From Blasia pusilla (lineage: Eukaryota), in NCBI GenBank assembly GCA_050084515.1, contig CM114271.1, positions 868,001 through 932,000 on the forward strand: DNA of 64,000 nucleotides. Direction: 5' to 3'. The notes under the pieces are model-generated. The model saw only the letters and a list, made by a program, of their open reading frames with translations. It made no database searches and had not been told where the DNA came from. Positions 11,029 through 23,592 of the stretch are shown here, in pieces. The translations under genes were made by a program, and so were the position numbers. Position 1 is the stretch's first letter. Each line of letters begins with the position of its first letter.

Positions 11029-13225
11029 ATGATGAGCGAGTGGAAGAGTCTCACGGGATCGAAGAAGACTGTCAGCCCCAAGCCCGGACGCATTACAGGG
11101 CAATATTTTCTCGACCTAGGTCAATCGGACTTCTCTTACTCCACGTGTTCTGTTTGCGGATTGCTGTACGCCCGTGGTCACGAGAATGATGAAAAGGTTC
11201 ACAAAGTTTTCCACAGGAACCGCACTCGAGGCATTCAGTTCAAGGTACAAAGTCGCGGATACCGCATTGTTCCTATCAGTAGTCCTGGAATCCTTCACTT
11301 TTGCTCCGCTTGTTCTTAACTTGCCCATGTTATCTTCTTGGGAAGGTGAATGAGGCTACGTCGGAGATGCTATGTTTTCTCGCTCCTGACTTCTGCCTGC
11401 TATGGCGAGTCAAATTGCATTATGTGAAACTCGTGGAGCCTGCCAGTTGAACTCTGTAGAATATGTATAGAGTTCGGGGACGTTACTGAAGATTTCATAC
11501 TGAGTAGATGCAACTTCTCTGCTGTTGCCTTTCTGCACAAGAACTGTCAGTAAATTGACTGTGCTAGTATGCATCTAAGATATGCAGGGTTGGAAGAGTG
11601 AGCGGGTCATTAGCAGAGAAGAAGGCACAGAAACCCGGGTTGTACTCGTACTTCCGGAGGATGCACTCCATCAAGCGAAGGTTTGTGGTCTTGTGTCTTT
11701 TTGCACTCAAAAGTATTGTGACACCTGTCTTTGGTGCCACACTTGTTTGGTACCCTTGGTAGTCGGATTCCCTGATATGGTCTTAACTTCTTGGGGCAAT
11801 GTCTAACTGAATTCAGGATGATCTTGACATAGTTAGATTCAATTCCTTGCATTTGATTTGGTGTGTTGTCCTGTGGAGCGGATGGTATCCTGAGAATATA
11901 GGTTGAAGGCTGGGAAAAGTGAGTTCGTAAGTCATTACAAGTTTGGCTGCATGACCTTGATCGTACATAAATATCTGCTACCTTCTAGCCTAGGTGTATG
12001 CCTGAACTATGTTTATTCCATTCTTCTCTCGTGTCATTCAGGTGAAAGAAGTGGTTGACGTTATGGAAGTCGAGCTAGGGCTTAGTCCTGGCTGGCTGCT
12101 TCAGAGACCATGTAAGGTAAGTGGTCGGGTTTCTTGTCCAGCATATCTCCCGTGGAGAACATTGGACTGTCCGCATACTACAACCAGTGGAGAGTATATC
12201 AATTCTCTTCTCAGGGGAATTAGGATAACTTTGCTGATTATTTTATGTCATGAAGGGAGCTGATCTGTGTGCTCGTACACAGGTTTACCTCTTCATTTCT
12301 TCTTCAAAGAAGATTGTAGGTTGTGCAATGGCCGAGCCAATTAGACATGCCTTCCGAGTGATGCCTGTCAAACAGCAGAAACATAAGGAAGATCAATGTG
12401 ATGGAGAAGGGATCAGACTTTCAACAGCTTTCAGGGAATGTCCCCATGGTTCTGTGCAGGTTGATAAGAGAGTGTCAGGACCCCCGATTGCCGCAGAAAT
12501 TGCTATTGAACAGATAACAGGAGCAACAAGCTCTATAGATATTGTGGCGATGGGCATGAAAGGGGAGGATGATCGTCATCAATCAGCTACTATTAGATTA
12601 GCCAACACTGAAAGATTAGTTAATTGTGGTGATTCGCATGTAATTAGGCCAAATCATGTACAGATAAAAGAGGAAAATAGATCTATCCCCAGTTGTACTA
12701 GTAATACCGTGGTAAAAAACCAATCAAATGTGGGGGGAAAATGTGGACGTATGATTGTACAGCGGGAGGATTCTCCGGGGCTGGGAAGTCAAGCAGCCAA
12801 TGTCATGCTCTTCGGGAATGTAAAGTTTATTCGAGAAGTGGCACCTAGAAAGAAACTGCGGCAGGAACGAACACAGGAATTGGGGAGTGCAATTATGTGT
12901 AGTAAGACACCTGTGCCAGCCATTTGTGGTGTACGAGTCATTTGGGTCTCTCATTCTGAAAGGAGGAAGGGCATTGCCTCTCAACTTATAGATGCCATGA
13001 GGTACATCTCTCGGTCTTGACTAAATTTGCTGTCATGCTCATATCTATCTTGGAGCTATATTTCCAAAATTGTCTAACTTCAAGTGCTTTCCCTGCAGGA
13101 GAACTTTTTGTCTGGGAATTGTTTTGGAGCCTTCTCAAATTGCCTTTTCCCAACCAACACCGGATGGGAAAGGATTTGCGGCACAGTATTGTCAAACAGA
13201 TGAGTTTTTGATTTATACCAAGTAA
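11029..13225 (+). CDS. CTF7: Cohesin acetyltransferase CTF7/ECO1; exons 11029-11244, 11588-11680, 12042-12116, 12283-13001, 13099-13225
   Basis: QYFLDLGQ followed by C2H2 finger CSVCGLLY..DEKVHKVFH; GNAT motifs IVGCAMAEPI, CGVRVIWVSHSERRKGIASQLID and IAFSQPTPDGK. All four introns are GT-AG and keep frame to TAA 13223-13225. The start ATG is the first in-frame one; an upstream exon cannot be excluded. Confidence 0.92.
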
Positions 13226-13339
13226 GGATTCTTTAAAGGGGTATATGATGTGTAACACCAGGAGCAACTGTGTGACCTTACTTCTTGTGGAACCCACAGT
13301 TGAATCGGGACTGCAGTCAGTCAAGAGTACAGGAAGCAT

Positions 13340-14125
13340 CCGGATCAGCAATGGGGGAGGGTCTGTGTCGGCTATCTCAATCGGCAACGGCAGTGTTCGA
13401 TCTAATAACTCCTTACAGTTCTGACACATCCAGACCTCCAAACAAAGAACAGGACTACAACGTCACAATCACACAGTGAGGTTATTCCCAGTAGCAGGGC
13501 CACACGACATCATGCTGTAGACGAAGATCTTGTGACTTCGCACTTGATGCATCAGAGGTATTCAACAGATGGATTGGAGGGTTACGATGATTGAACAGTT
13601 GACTTTTGGTGGTTGCACATGGGCCTGCCTTTTTCCCAAAGGGCTTTTGGATGGCTGTACAGAGGGACATATAATGGCCAGGATGTTGTAGTGAAATTTA
13701 GTCTTGAGAGGACCAAAAACAATCTTGATAGAACTCCATTAATGGAGAGCCAGTTTGCAAGTGAATTAACTATGCTTGCCACTGCAAACTTTCAAAATGC
13801 GGTTAGATTTGTAGGTGCATGTCAGAAACGTATTGTATGGTGGATTGTCACTGAGTTTGCCAAAGGGAGGCTCATTTCAATCATTCTAAAGTAGAAGGTC
13901 ATCAAGACATGTTCCCTTGAAGGTTGTTGTGAGCAGACACTCGATGTAGGTCTAGGGATGGAGTATCTACAGAGTTTGGATATCATACATAGGGACATGA
14001 AGCATGATAGCTTGCTGATCACCACAGATGAGTCAATCAAAATTGCTTATTTTAGTGTCACTTCAATCGAAATACAAACGGAGGGCATGACCCCAGAAAC
14101 TGGAACATATCAATGGATGGCACTG
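13340..14125 (+). pseudogene. Raf-like STY13/STY17-type protein kinase pseudogene (first-exon fragment)
   Basis: SNGGGSVSAISIGNGSV N-terminal motif, [69 protein letters not shown] then a GTAAG donor. In-frame stops (about 13592 and 13892) and damaged GxGxFG/DFG motifs. Confidence 0.85.
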
Positions 14126-16049
14126 TAAGCTTTGGAATTCGGATGCTGCTTCACTGTTTCATAACTCCTTTCTTTCAGCTCACAGAGTTGGACCTTTCTA
14201 CAGTTTTGTTTTTTGTTTTAAATAAGAAATAACTTTAAGCCCTATATATTGACTAGTGATATGTTACTCTTGGGGCTGCTCGTACTGCCTTAGTGCAGTG
14301 GACAGATTGGTATAGGAGTATATCCTATTATTGAGTTGTAGTGAATGCTTTGTTGGTAATGGCATGTGACTAACATTGCTAATTCATGGACTAGCTCACT
14401 CTAAATAGGTGGAACACGGGGTAAGACATCACATCCGAGCATGAGTTCTACATTGAAAATAGTCATGTTTTGGTCATTGAAGGAGGTCTTTGTCTACTCC
14501 TTAACAAGGATCCTGTAGCTGCTGATGGCCTTTAACAAGTTGGATTTTTCTGTGGGATCTGCTGGCTATATAGTTTATGTTTCTAAAATTGTGGGTGTTA
14601 GAGTTATTCTGTGGCAGCTCACATTTTCGTCCTTAGAAATGTTATAAAGTTTGTTTAACTTATATGATTAAGAACCTGAACAAAATGGACTCTTGTTTAT
14701 ATCCTGCATGCTATATTGGAGCTTTTCTCTCAAAATTTGATTTTGTGAACCTTGATGATACATCAGTGGTTGTCAATTGCAGGACTAAGAGGGCTTTAAG
14801 TGGATTCTCCACTAATAATTCAAAATTGTTGTGCAGGGAGGTGATGACCTGGTTTTACCCCCTCAAGTGGTGAACATGTTGGAAGGTGTGGAAGTGGAAA
14901 TAGTGACAGTTCGCCATGCCAGGTTTCACTGTGGGTGTATGATTCATCCTCTATCAAGTGACTGAGTATCATTGTTTCACCTCCTGCTTTCGTGTCTTGG
15001 AACTTGTTTCGTACTGACATTTGGAAGTCCTTAGTGCACTATTAATGAACCTTAATGGTCTAAGAATGTCTCATGTATTCTATATGTTCCATTCAGAGAT
15101 ACAATTGAAGAAATTTTCTGTTTTTCCAATATCTCAGTTTTCCAATGGACGTGGGTTCCAGATACCAAAGGATTTGCATGGAACTCTAGTTCTTCCATAG
15201 AGAACTATCCATGTTCTTTCTGAAGAACTGGAACACAGAGCTGGTTTTAGTATGATGCCATACTCTGTCATGTGCTCACTCACTCGTGATCTTTTCTAGG
15301 TCTATCATGTCATGGACTTCTCATTTACTGGTCTATCATGTCATGGACTGTTTTCTTGATTTACGTGAAGAGGATATGAAAGCCTTGTCACAATTTTGAT
15401 TTTGTAAGAAGTTTTCTTTTGAGTCATTGAGACGGGGATGTCAAGACGCAACTTTCAGGATTGTCTAGAAATATCATTGCCATGCTTTGTTATGCGTGGG
15501 ATAAGAGGAACCCAACAAGATGTTACCTATGAAGGAATTCACTTAGTTAAGAAGAAGGTCCTCTTCCTTTCTTGACATGATGATAGTTTGTGGAAGTAGT
15601 TGGTATCAGTGCCCGGGAAGGCTGGTGGAGTTCTTGTTGGAAATTCATGTTATAAATCAGTTTCATGCATGTATCAAAGAACTCTTGTGATGCACACACA
15701 GGAAGTGTTCCTGCATCATGTTAATGTTGTAATGAGACTTAACACTAAGACACTCTCAGCTGGTAGACTACAAAACTGCCAACCTACACTAGTCACGACC
15801 CCTAAGAAAACGGGACACTATTGAAATGATCTGTGTGAGCCCAGTAATCAACCAAGAGGGGAACAGTAGTGGCTCCAGGAGAAGGCCCGTTAGGAGTGAG
15901 CTTCCAGTATCGTGAATAAATGCATTCCTTCACTGTCCTAATATCTACAGGACGAAATATAAATTGGAAGCAGGTCTGATCAGATTTATATTAGTCATCA
16001 CACAATGTGCAGCTTCATACTTTTATTGGAACCCTAGTCCCATGTACAA

Positions 16050-17540
16050 GTCATTATGCTCCGTGTTGGTAGAGATACGAAGCACCATGCTTTCAGTAGT
16101 GCAGGGTTGAACTTTGGCTTCTTTGATTCTATGCCATACAAAGTGATAGTGAATGTCCACTAGTAGGAAACTACAGGGACAAAGACAATACTGAGACAGA
16201 GGACGCTGCTGCAGGCTCAATTCTGAACTCTACTAACTCATTGAGTCACAGGAGGCATGAGGCCATGTTTAGGCCAGCTCCCCGCACGATTTCACCCTCT
16301 CAACCTCTCTGTGTTTAGAAAACCCACTAAAGACTCTTCAGCCAAAGGGTCATTGCAACACAAGCTATGTCGAGGTCATACAGAAGGCATACAGGTAGCA
16401 AACAAAATGAACAGATCAGAATATGGAAGACCTTGTTGTTGCAGCATCCTGTAGGAAATTGAATGATTCACAATGGAGCTGATCAGCACTGGCTGGACAG
16501 GGCAACAAGTTGGGGACATATACAGTAGAGGCTTGGACGAGAGGGAGAGACTCGATATTCACATGTTCGCATACTCATCGTTAGTGCTTGAGAAACAATA
16601 CTCTGGAGCTCCAAGTCATACAATCATTACTGCGTAGACGACAATTTCTGAAGTTGATTTCCTTGAATCAAAACCTCCTGGGTCCAAGATTGGGCATGTA
16701 TTCAACTGCGTCGGGTAGGTCCCGTCTGGTGCAGATCATAGCCCAACAGCACCCATTTCAGCCTACTTCACCCTGTTGTCATCAGTCTCAGGGCAGTTCT
16801 CTTCAGTTTGTTTCTTTTCAGTTTCCATAGAGCTGTAGATTTGGGTTGCAATCCTCCATCCGAAACTTCTCATGCCTACACAGATAGATCTTCTCTGATC
16901 ACTTCAAATCCACCCTTCTTGTTTATTTCTTCTGATTCCTATACCAAGGCGCTGCTTGATTTCTCAGAGGTCTGTCATTCCAAAGTACCGACACAACCTT
17001 GTGGAGGACGTTTTGATCATTGCTACAATGAATGAATGTACCTGTGTGCAATTACATTGAAATCAAATTGAAACAGGTAGGAATCAAGTCTTGAAAGCAG
17101 AGTCTAGAGGCTTGTTTCAAATTACTGACTCTTTTCGGATGCTTAGAATCAACCAATACTCCGGACATCTGTAACAATACTTCCTCTTGAAGTACACCAT
17201 TCAGAAAGGACGTCTTCAAGTACATCTGCTCGACCTGTGAGTCATAACGAGCAGCCAGAGCCGGTATTGCTCTGGTGGATGTGATCCTAGCTACTTGTGA
17301 GAAGGCATCAGTGTAGTCAATTCCATGCACTTCTCAGTAACCCTTTGCAAAGGAAGGAGCCTCGCGTACCTCTCAACAGTGCCATCAACATTGAACTCGT
17401 TCTTTAAGACCTACACTTCACATGCTTTTTCCTCCCTTAAAGAGTCCACATATTATTCTTTTCGCATGATCTCAGCTCACTCTATACTACTTCTGCCTTT
17501 ACTTGGCTTCTGACTATTTTGGAGGATCAGTAGGGTCATT
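16050..17540 (-). mobile_element. Old degenerate Ty1/Copia RT-RNase H remnant
   Basis: GIDYTDAFSQVARITSTR..VEQMYLKTSFLNGVLQEEV (17052-17330) and VDIHYHFV (about 16140-16165) are decayed Copia RT and RNase H motifs. Confidence 0.75.
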
Positions 17541-17585
17541 CCATTAGTGATGTACATTAGTAGGACATGTAGTGGGCCCATAACC

Positions 17586-18271
17586 TGAGAAAATGATTGA
17601 CCAGCAGAAGTATCTCCTTGTACAAAGTCAGAGCTAGCATCACCTAGACCATCCATGATTTCAGCTTGTACACAAACAACAAGTCAATTCCTATCTCTAT
17701 TGCCAAATCAGAGCCCTACCATGATGTGACTCTTCTTACTATCTAAGAGATACTAAGAAGGATTTTACACAACCACACCTTGCACTCACACTACAGGTCC
17801 TCACATGTCACCATCTCAGAGATCAGACATGGCTCACCATTGAGCACAAACAATCTCCATCAGCATACTAGACAAAACAACCTGCCTTCCAGTGAGGCTC
17901 TAGCAAGCACAGCAATTAGTCTCAATCTCCTCTTCTTACTCTCTGATCACTCTGCAGCAGGACCAAGAGCCTCAGGAGTCCTCACCAAAATTGTGCATCT
18001 TTGTAGAGAATTGGCTTCTGCTCTCTAAAGAGAGACATTATATACATGAGGGTGAGCACTTCTGGTCCTTGGATCTTCTTGAACAGATCCATACCCTAAA
18101 TAACAGATGGTGGCTAACCCTAACTCGAGAATTGCCCTAATTCAAGGTTACCCTAAAAAGATAGAGGAACACTAAGTTATCTCTAGCTAACTAAATTAGT
18201 ATCCAACTAAGTTAGTATCTGACTAACTACTTTTAGAGCATGACTAAACTAGATATTAACAAATTTCAACA
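17586..18271 (-). repeat. Copia 3' LTR (about 686 bp)
   Basis: Near-identical to 22356-23039; preceded on the minus strand by the PPT. Confidence 0.93.
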
Positions 18272-21200
18272 CTCCCTCTTAATGAGAGTTTAGAGTAATG
18301 CCCCTCATAGATATACACTTTCTATGTTTGTCCTGTGATAGAGGTTTGGTCAGGACATCAGCTGCCATATTCTCTGTTGGACAGTAAACCAAGGAGATTT
18401 CTCTTCCTATCATTTCTCTTACAAAGTGATGTTTGATGTCAATGTGTTTTGTTCTAGGATGATGAACAGGATTTTTGCTTAATGCAATACTTCCTTTGTT
18501 GTCAACCTGTAGGGATGTAGGAGTCATCTGTTCATATCCAAGATCATTCAATAAGCTCCTTAACCAGATCACCTCCTGAGCAGCAAGAGAAAGCGCCATT
18601 ACTCTGCCTCAGTTGTAGAGAGTGCAACCGTTCTTTGTTTCTTCTGCAGCTGATCACCCCTCCACTTAACAAGAAGACATATCCACTTGTTGATCTTCTT
18701 TCATCGGTATCATCTCCCCAACTTGCATCTGAAAACCCTTCCAAGATTGGTCCATTTTCTTGATGCCTGTATTCCAAGTATGTTCTTGTTGTGCCACGCA
18801 AATATCTGAGTACTCTCTTCAGACATTTCCAATGTTCTATTGTAGGTTTGCTGGTGTACTGGCTAAGACACCAACTGGGTATGCTAAGTCTGCTCTGGTA
18901 CAGACCATAGCAAACATCAATGACCCTACAACACTTTGATATAGTGCTTGCAAATTGTCAACCTTTTCAGTTGAAATTCCCATATCTTTGCTGAGTTTGC
19001 AGCCAGGATCTAGGGGTGTTGATACAGGCTTACAATCTTGCATGTTGTACCTGATCAAGATACTCTCTATATACTTTTCTTGACTCAATCGAATCCAGCT
19101 CTCTTCCCGATTTCTCTCAATCTGAATCCCCAATAGCCACTTTGCTGGACCCAGATCAACCATCTCAAAGTTGCAACAGAGGTCTTTCTTCACTCTCTTT
19201 ACAGTGTCTAAGCTCCCTCCTAGCATCAGAGGATCATCAACATACAATGCTATGTACATAGTGGAGTCTAAGGAGTACACTCCTTGATCTGCATTGCTAC
19301 GTTGGAATCCTTTCCTGATCAGGTAAGCATCCATCTTCTCATACCAGCATCTAGGTGCTTGCTTTAGGCCATAAAGGGCTTTCTTCAAGAGACACACCTT
19401 GCCTGGATGAGTATATCCATCTGGTACCTCCATGTAGATCTCCTCTTTGAGTTCTCCATTTAAGAATGCAGTCTTCACATCCATCTGTTCCACCTCCCAA
19501 TTTTGTTGAGCTGCTAATGCCAAGAGAACTCTAATGGATCCATACCTTGCAACAGGAGCAAAGGTCTCCTGATAGTCTAAACCAGCCTCCTGATTGAAGC
19601 CTTTTGCAACCAGACGTGCCTTGTACTTCAAGATCTCATTCTTTGGTCCCCTTTTTATTCTGAAGACCCATTTGCAACCAATGGTCTTTCTACCAGGTGG
19701 CAAATCTACAAACTCCCATGTCTCATTTTTCTCTAATGAGACCTTTTCTTCTGCCACAGCCTGCTCCCCACTGTTTCAATCATTCCTGCTCATAGCCTCA
19801 CTCAAAGAGTTGGGCTCTACAACTCCTTCTTCAATAGAATGAGCTTCGTTTATCCCCAACCTTTCTACAGGTTTGGAAATTCTTCCAGATCTCCTTTGCT
19901 CTGAGATCTCCTTGATCACTCCCTCTGTGGACTCATGTGCCTCTAGAACTTGCTTGGCTGCACTTCTCCTTTGGTACACCTTCATAGGCTGATCATTTTC
20001 AACATGATCTTCCTCTCTTACACCTTGGGTGCAAGTATCTAATCCTCCACTACATTCTGCAAGTGTATCCTTTGATACTTCCTCCTTATCAGCATCTTGA
20101 TGTGAGTTCGACACTACAGGGATGTTTACAGGAGTGACAACAGAAGTGATTACTGGCATCACTCTGGTGACCATTGACTCTTTGTGCTCAGAGTCTTTCC
20201 AAAAACTCTTCTCATCAAAAGTCACATCATTGCTTGAATTGCCTTGCAGGTTCTAGGATTATACAACATGTATCCTTTCAGCCCTTCTTCATACCCAACA
20301 AATATGTACTTGTCAGCCTTTGCATCTAGTTTCCTCCTTTGTGTATCAGGGGTGAGGGCATAGCCAACACAACCAAACACTTTCAATCTAGAAATGTCAG
20401 GTTTCTTACAGACCAACACTCTTCTGGAGTTACATTCTTCAAGGCCGCTGTGGGACTGATGTTCCTCAGATAATTCGCTGTCATGATAGCTGCTCCCAGA
20501 ATTCTTGACCAAGCTTGGCATGTTGCAACATGCTCAAGGCTTTCTCATGCAAGGTTCTATTCAGCCTTTCAGCTACTCCATTTTGGTGGGGGCTGTCACG
20601 TGCCGTAACATCTTTTAATATCCCCTTGGCTGAGAGATATGCTTGAAAGTCTTTACTTGCATATTCTCCTCCTCCATCAGACCTAAGTCTCTTCACTCTT
20701 CGTTCAACTTGCCTCTCTGTCATGTTGACAAAGATAACAAATTTCTCTAGAACTTGAGCCTTGCTGCTTATCAGGTACACAAAGCTCTTTCTACTCTTGT
20801 CGTCCACAAATGACACAAAATAGCGTGCTCCTCCTAGTGACTTTACAGGCATTGGTCCACACACATCAGAGTGAATCAGGTCCAATAATCTTTCAGACCT
20901 GTTAAGTGACCTTCTGGGAGCGGGTGACTTGTGAGCTTTCCCTTGCACACAAGCCTCACAGAACTCAAGCTTCTGTGACTTCTCAATCTCCACACCACAT
21001 GACATTCCTTGCAGAGCTCGAATCTGTGTCCGATAGGTGCCCCAATCTGCAATGCCACAGATTCAGCAAGCTCCTATTCTCAGTGAGATTTACCTGCTCC
21101 TCTGGATCACATTCCAGCAGTTTGAACAAATTTCCTTGTACCACTCCTCGGCACAAGACTTTCCCGTTTCTCTCAAGTGTGCAAGTCTGGTTTGAGTTCC

Positions 21201-22355
21201 AGAAGTGCACATCAATTCCTGCCTCCAATAATTTCTTAACTGACAACAGATTTTTTATGTAATCTGCAACATATAACACTCCACGCAACTGCCATTTCAT
21301 CAATTTGCTTTCATCAGCACTGAAGAAAATAGAAACTGAGCCAACCCCTCCCACAGGACTTAACAATCCAGAAGCACTTCTCACGTGATGATTACTTGCT
21401 GGTTTTAGGTCTGAGAACAACTCCTCTTGATAACAGACATGTGATGTTGCACCGGAGTCCACCCACCATCCACTGCTCCTCTTAAGATCTTTCTCACACG
21501 AGGCCATCATGAAAGAACAACAACTTTCATCAGATGTGTATTCAGTAGTCATCACTCCAGCAACCTTTGCCTTATCCTTCTCCCTGTAGGAGGTACTTTG
21601 CTTCTCCATCAACTTCTCTTGATTCTTGACTGCAGATCCACTCCTTTTAACTTTCTCTCCCCTTTTCAACTTCTTTGACAATTCGAGCAAGATGTCCCTT
21701 CTCTGCCACAAATGTAACAAGTTCTGGTCTCTTTCCACTTCCTATCCCTGTTGAGCATGACTGTTTTTCCACAATCACCTCGCTTCTGGTCATATCTCAG
21801 GAGCTTGTTGGTCCTGATTCCCATGTAAGCAAATCTGCCTCCCAGGTTTCAAAGATTGTAACCATTGTATCAAATCGAGGAGGTAAGGAGGATAGCAACA
21901 TGGTTACCTTCCATATAGGAATCAGTTCTGTCCAACTGCTTTCACTTGTGCAAAAGTTGACTCCATTTTGGCAATGTGAGCGCAACTCTTTCTGTGTCAG
22001 CCATCCTTGTCGAGCTCAATGTCTTCCACCTTTGCATAGCTAGAGTCAAAGCTGACTCCTTGTTCAAACTCTTCAGCTTGGACCAGATCTCCCAAGCATT
22101 GCTTATACCATCCAACTCCTCATAGAGGAGTTAGGTCTGACTTTGAGTAAGATAGCTGCCAATTGATTTTCTTGTCTCCAAGCGAAGTTTACCACAAGCT
22201 CTTCTAGATTGTGAGGTTTCATCTCAACATACACCCACAACCCTTTCAGCATTAGAATGTCCATCATGGTTCTGGACCATTCTCTATAGTTCCCACCATC
22301 TAACTTCTCTCACTGCTGAAATCACTAAGGAGAAAGGTTTGGGTGGGCCCATAAC

Positions 22356-23039
22356 TGAGAATATGATTGACCAGCGAAGTATCTCCTTGTACAAAGTCAG
22401 AGCTAGCATCAGCTAGACCATCCATGATTTCAGCTTGTACACAATCAACAAATCAATTCCTATCTCTATTGCCAAATCAGAGCCCTACCATGATGTGACT
22501 CTTCTTACTATCTAAGAGATACTAAGAAGGATTTACACCAACCACACCTTGCACTCACACTACAGGTCCTCACATGTCACCATCTCGAGATCGACATGGC
22601 TCACCATTGAGCACAAACAATCTCCATCAACATACTAGACAAAACAACCTGCCTTCCGGTGAGGCTCTAGCAAGCACAATTAGTCTAATCTCCTCTTCTA
22701 CTCTCTGCTCACTTTCACTTTGCGGGACCAAGAGCCTCAGGAGTCCTCACCAAAATTGTGCATCTTCAGAGAATTGGCTTCTGCTCTCTAAAACAGAGAC
22801 ATTATATACATGAGGGTGAGCACCGGCGGCCCTTAGATCTTCTTGAATGCAGATCCATACCCTAAATAAATGTGATGGTGGCTAACCCTAACTCGAGAAT
22901 TGCCCTAATTCAAGGTTACCCTAAAAAGATAGAGGAACACTAAGTTATCTCTAGCTAACTAAATTAGTATCCAACTAAGTTAGTATCCGACTAACTATTT
23001 TTAGAGCATGACTAAACTAGATATTAACAAATTTCAACA
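22356..23039 (-). repeat. Copia 5' LTR (about 684 bp)
   Basis: Near-identical to 17586-18271; followed on the minus strand by PBS and gag. Confidence 0.93.
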
Positions 23040-23074
23040 TTGTGAGCCTCCTGTTGAAGAACGTTTGTTCTACA

Positions 23075-23554
23075 CCATTAGTGATGTACATTAGTAGGAC
23101 ATGTTTGGGCCCATAACGAAAATGATTGAAGTATATCCCTTGTACAAAGTGGGGTTAATATGCCCCAAAGACATCCATGATTTAGGGTACACAAACAACA
23201 AGTCAATTCCTTCTCTATTGCCAAGTCAGAGCCCGTGTGCCCATGATGAGACTCTTCTTACTATCTAAGAGATACTAAAAGGATTCTGCAACCACACCGT
23301 TTTGTCCCTAAACTCCTCACATGTCACCATCTCGGAATGTTGGGACATGGCTCACCATTGAGCACAAACAATCTCCATCAAAGATACTAGACAAAACAAC
23401 CTGCCTTCCGGTGAGGCCTGGGTTTGACATTGTCTCAATCTCCTCTTCCTACTCTGCTCACTTTGCAGCGGGACCAAGAGCCCAGATCCCACCAAAACTC
23501 AGTGCATCCGAGAATTGGCGCTCTCTGGGCCGGACATTATATACATGAGGGTGA
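23075..23554 (-). repeat. Third, truncated and indel-rich Copia LTR with PBS and flanking leader
   Basis: Duplicates 17541-18056, including CCATTAGTGATGTACATTAGTAGGACATGT and GGGCCCATAAC. Confidence 0.85.
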
Positions 23555-23582
23555 CCTCCCGGGAAGTCCTGGTGCTGCATCC
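23549..23582 (+). pseudogene. 5S rRNA 3'-terminal fragment
   Basis: GGGTGACCTCCCGGGAAGTCCTGGTGCTGCATCC matches the last about 34 nt of plant 5S rRNA and the 5S-like copy at 44842-44958. Confidence 0.85.
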
Positions 23583-23592
23583 AACCTCTTCC

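Larger units (their letters stand above)
17586..23039 (-). mobile_element. Full-length Ty1/Copia LTR retrotransposon with frameshifted gag-pol
   Basis: LTRs 22356-23039 and 17586-18271 (TGTTGAAA...TCTCA on minus), PBS (G)GTTATGGGCCCA, PPT AAGAGGGAG at 18272-18280; gag (KLDGGNYREW), protease WWVDSGATSHV, LWHCRLGHLS, integrase IHSDVCGP/SDGGGEY/NGVAER, RT YVDD, RNase H FSDASW and RTKHIDIKHHF. Confidence 0.95.

Noticed and set aside
10526-11029. 167-aa minus-strand ORF with SLSLSL runs
   Set aside because: Translation of (GA)n microsatellites.
15601-15613. PBS-like TGGTATCAGTGCC
   Set aside because: No adjacent LTR end or downstream gag found; probably chance or too decayed to call.
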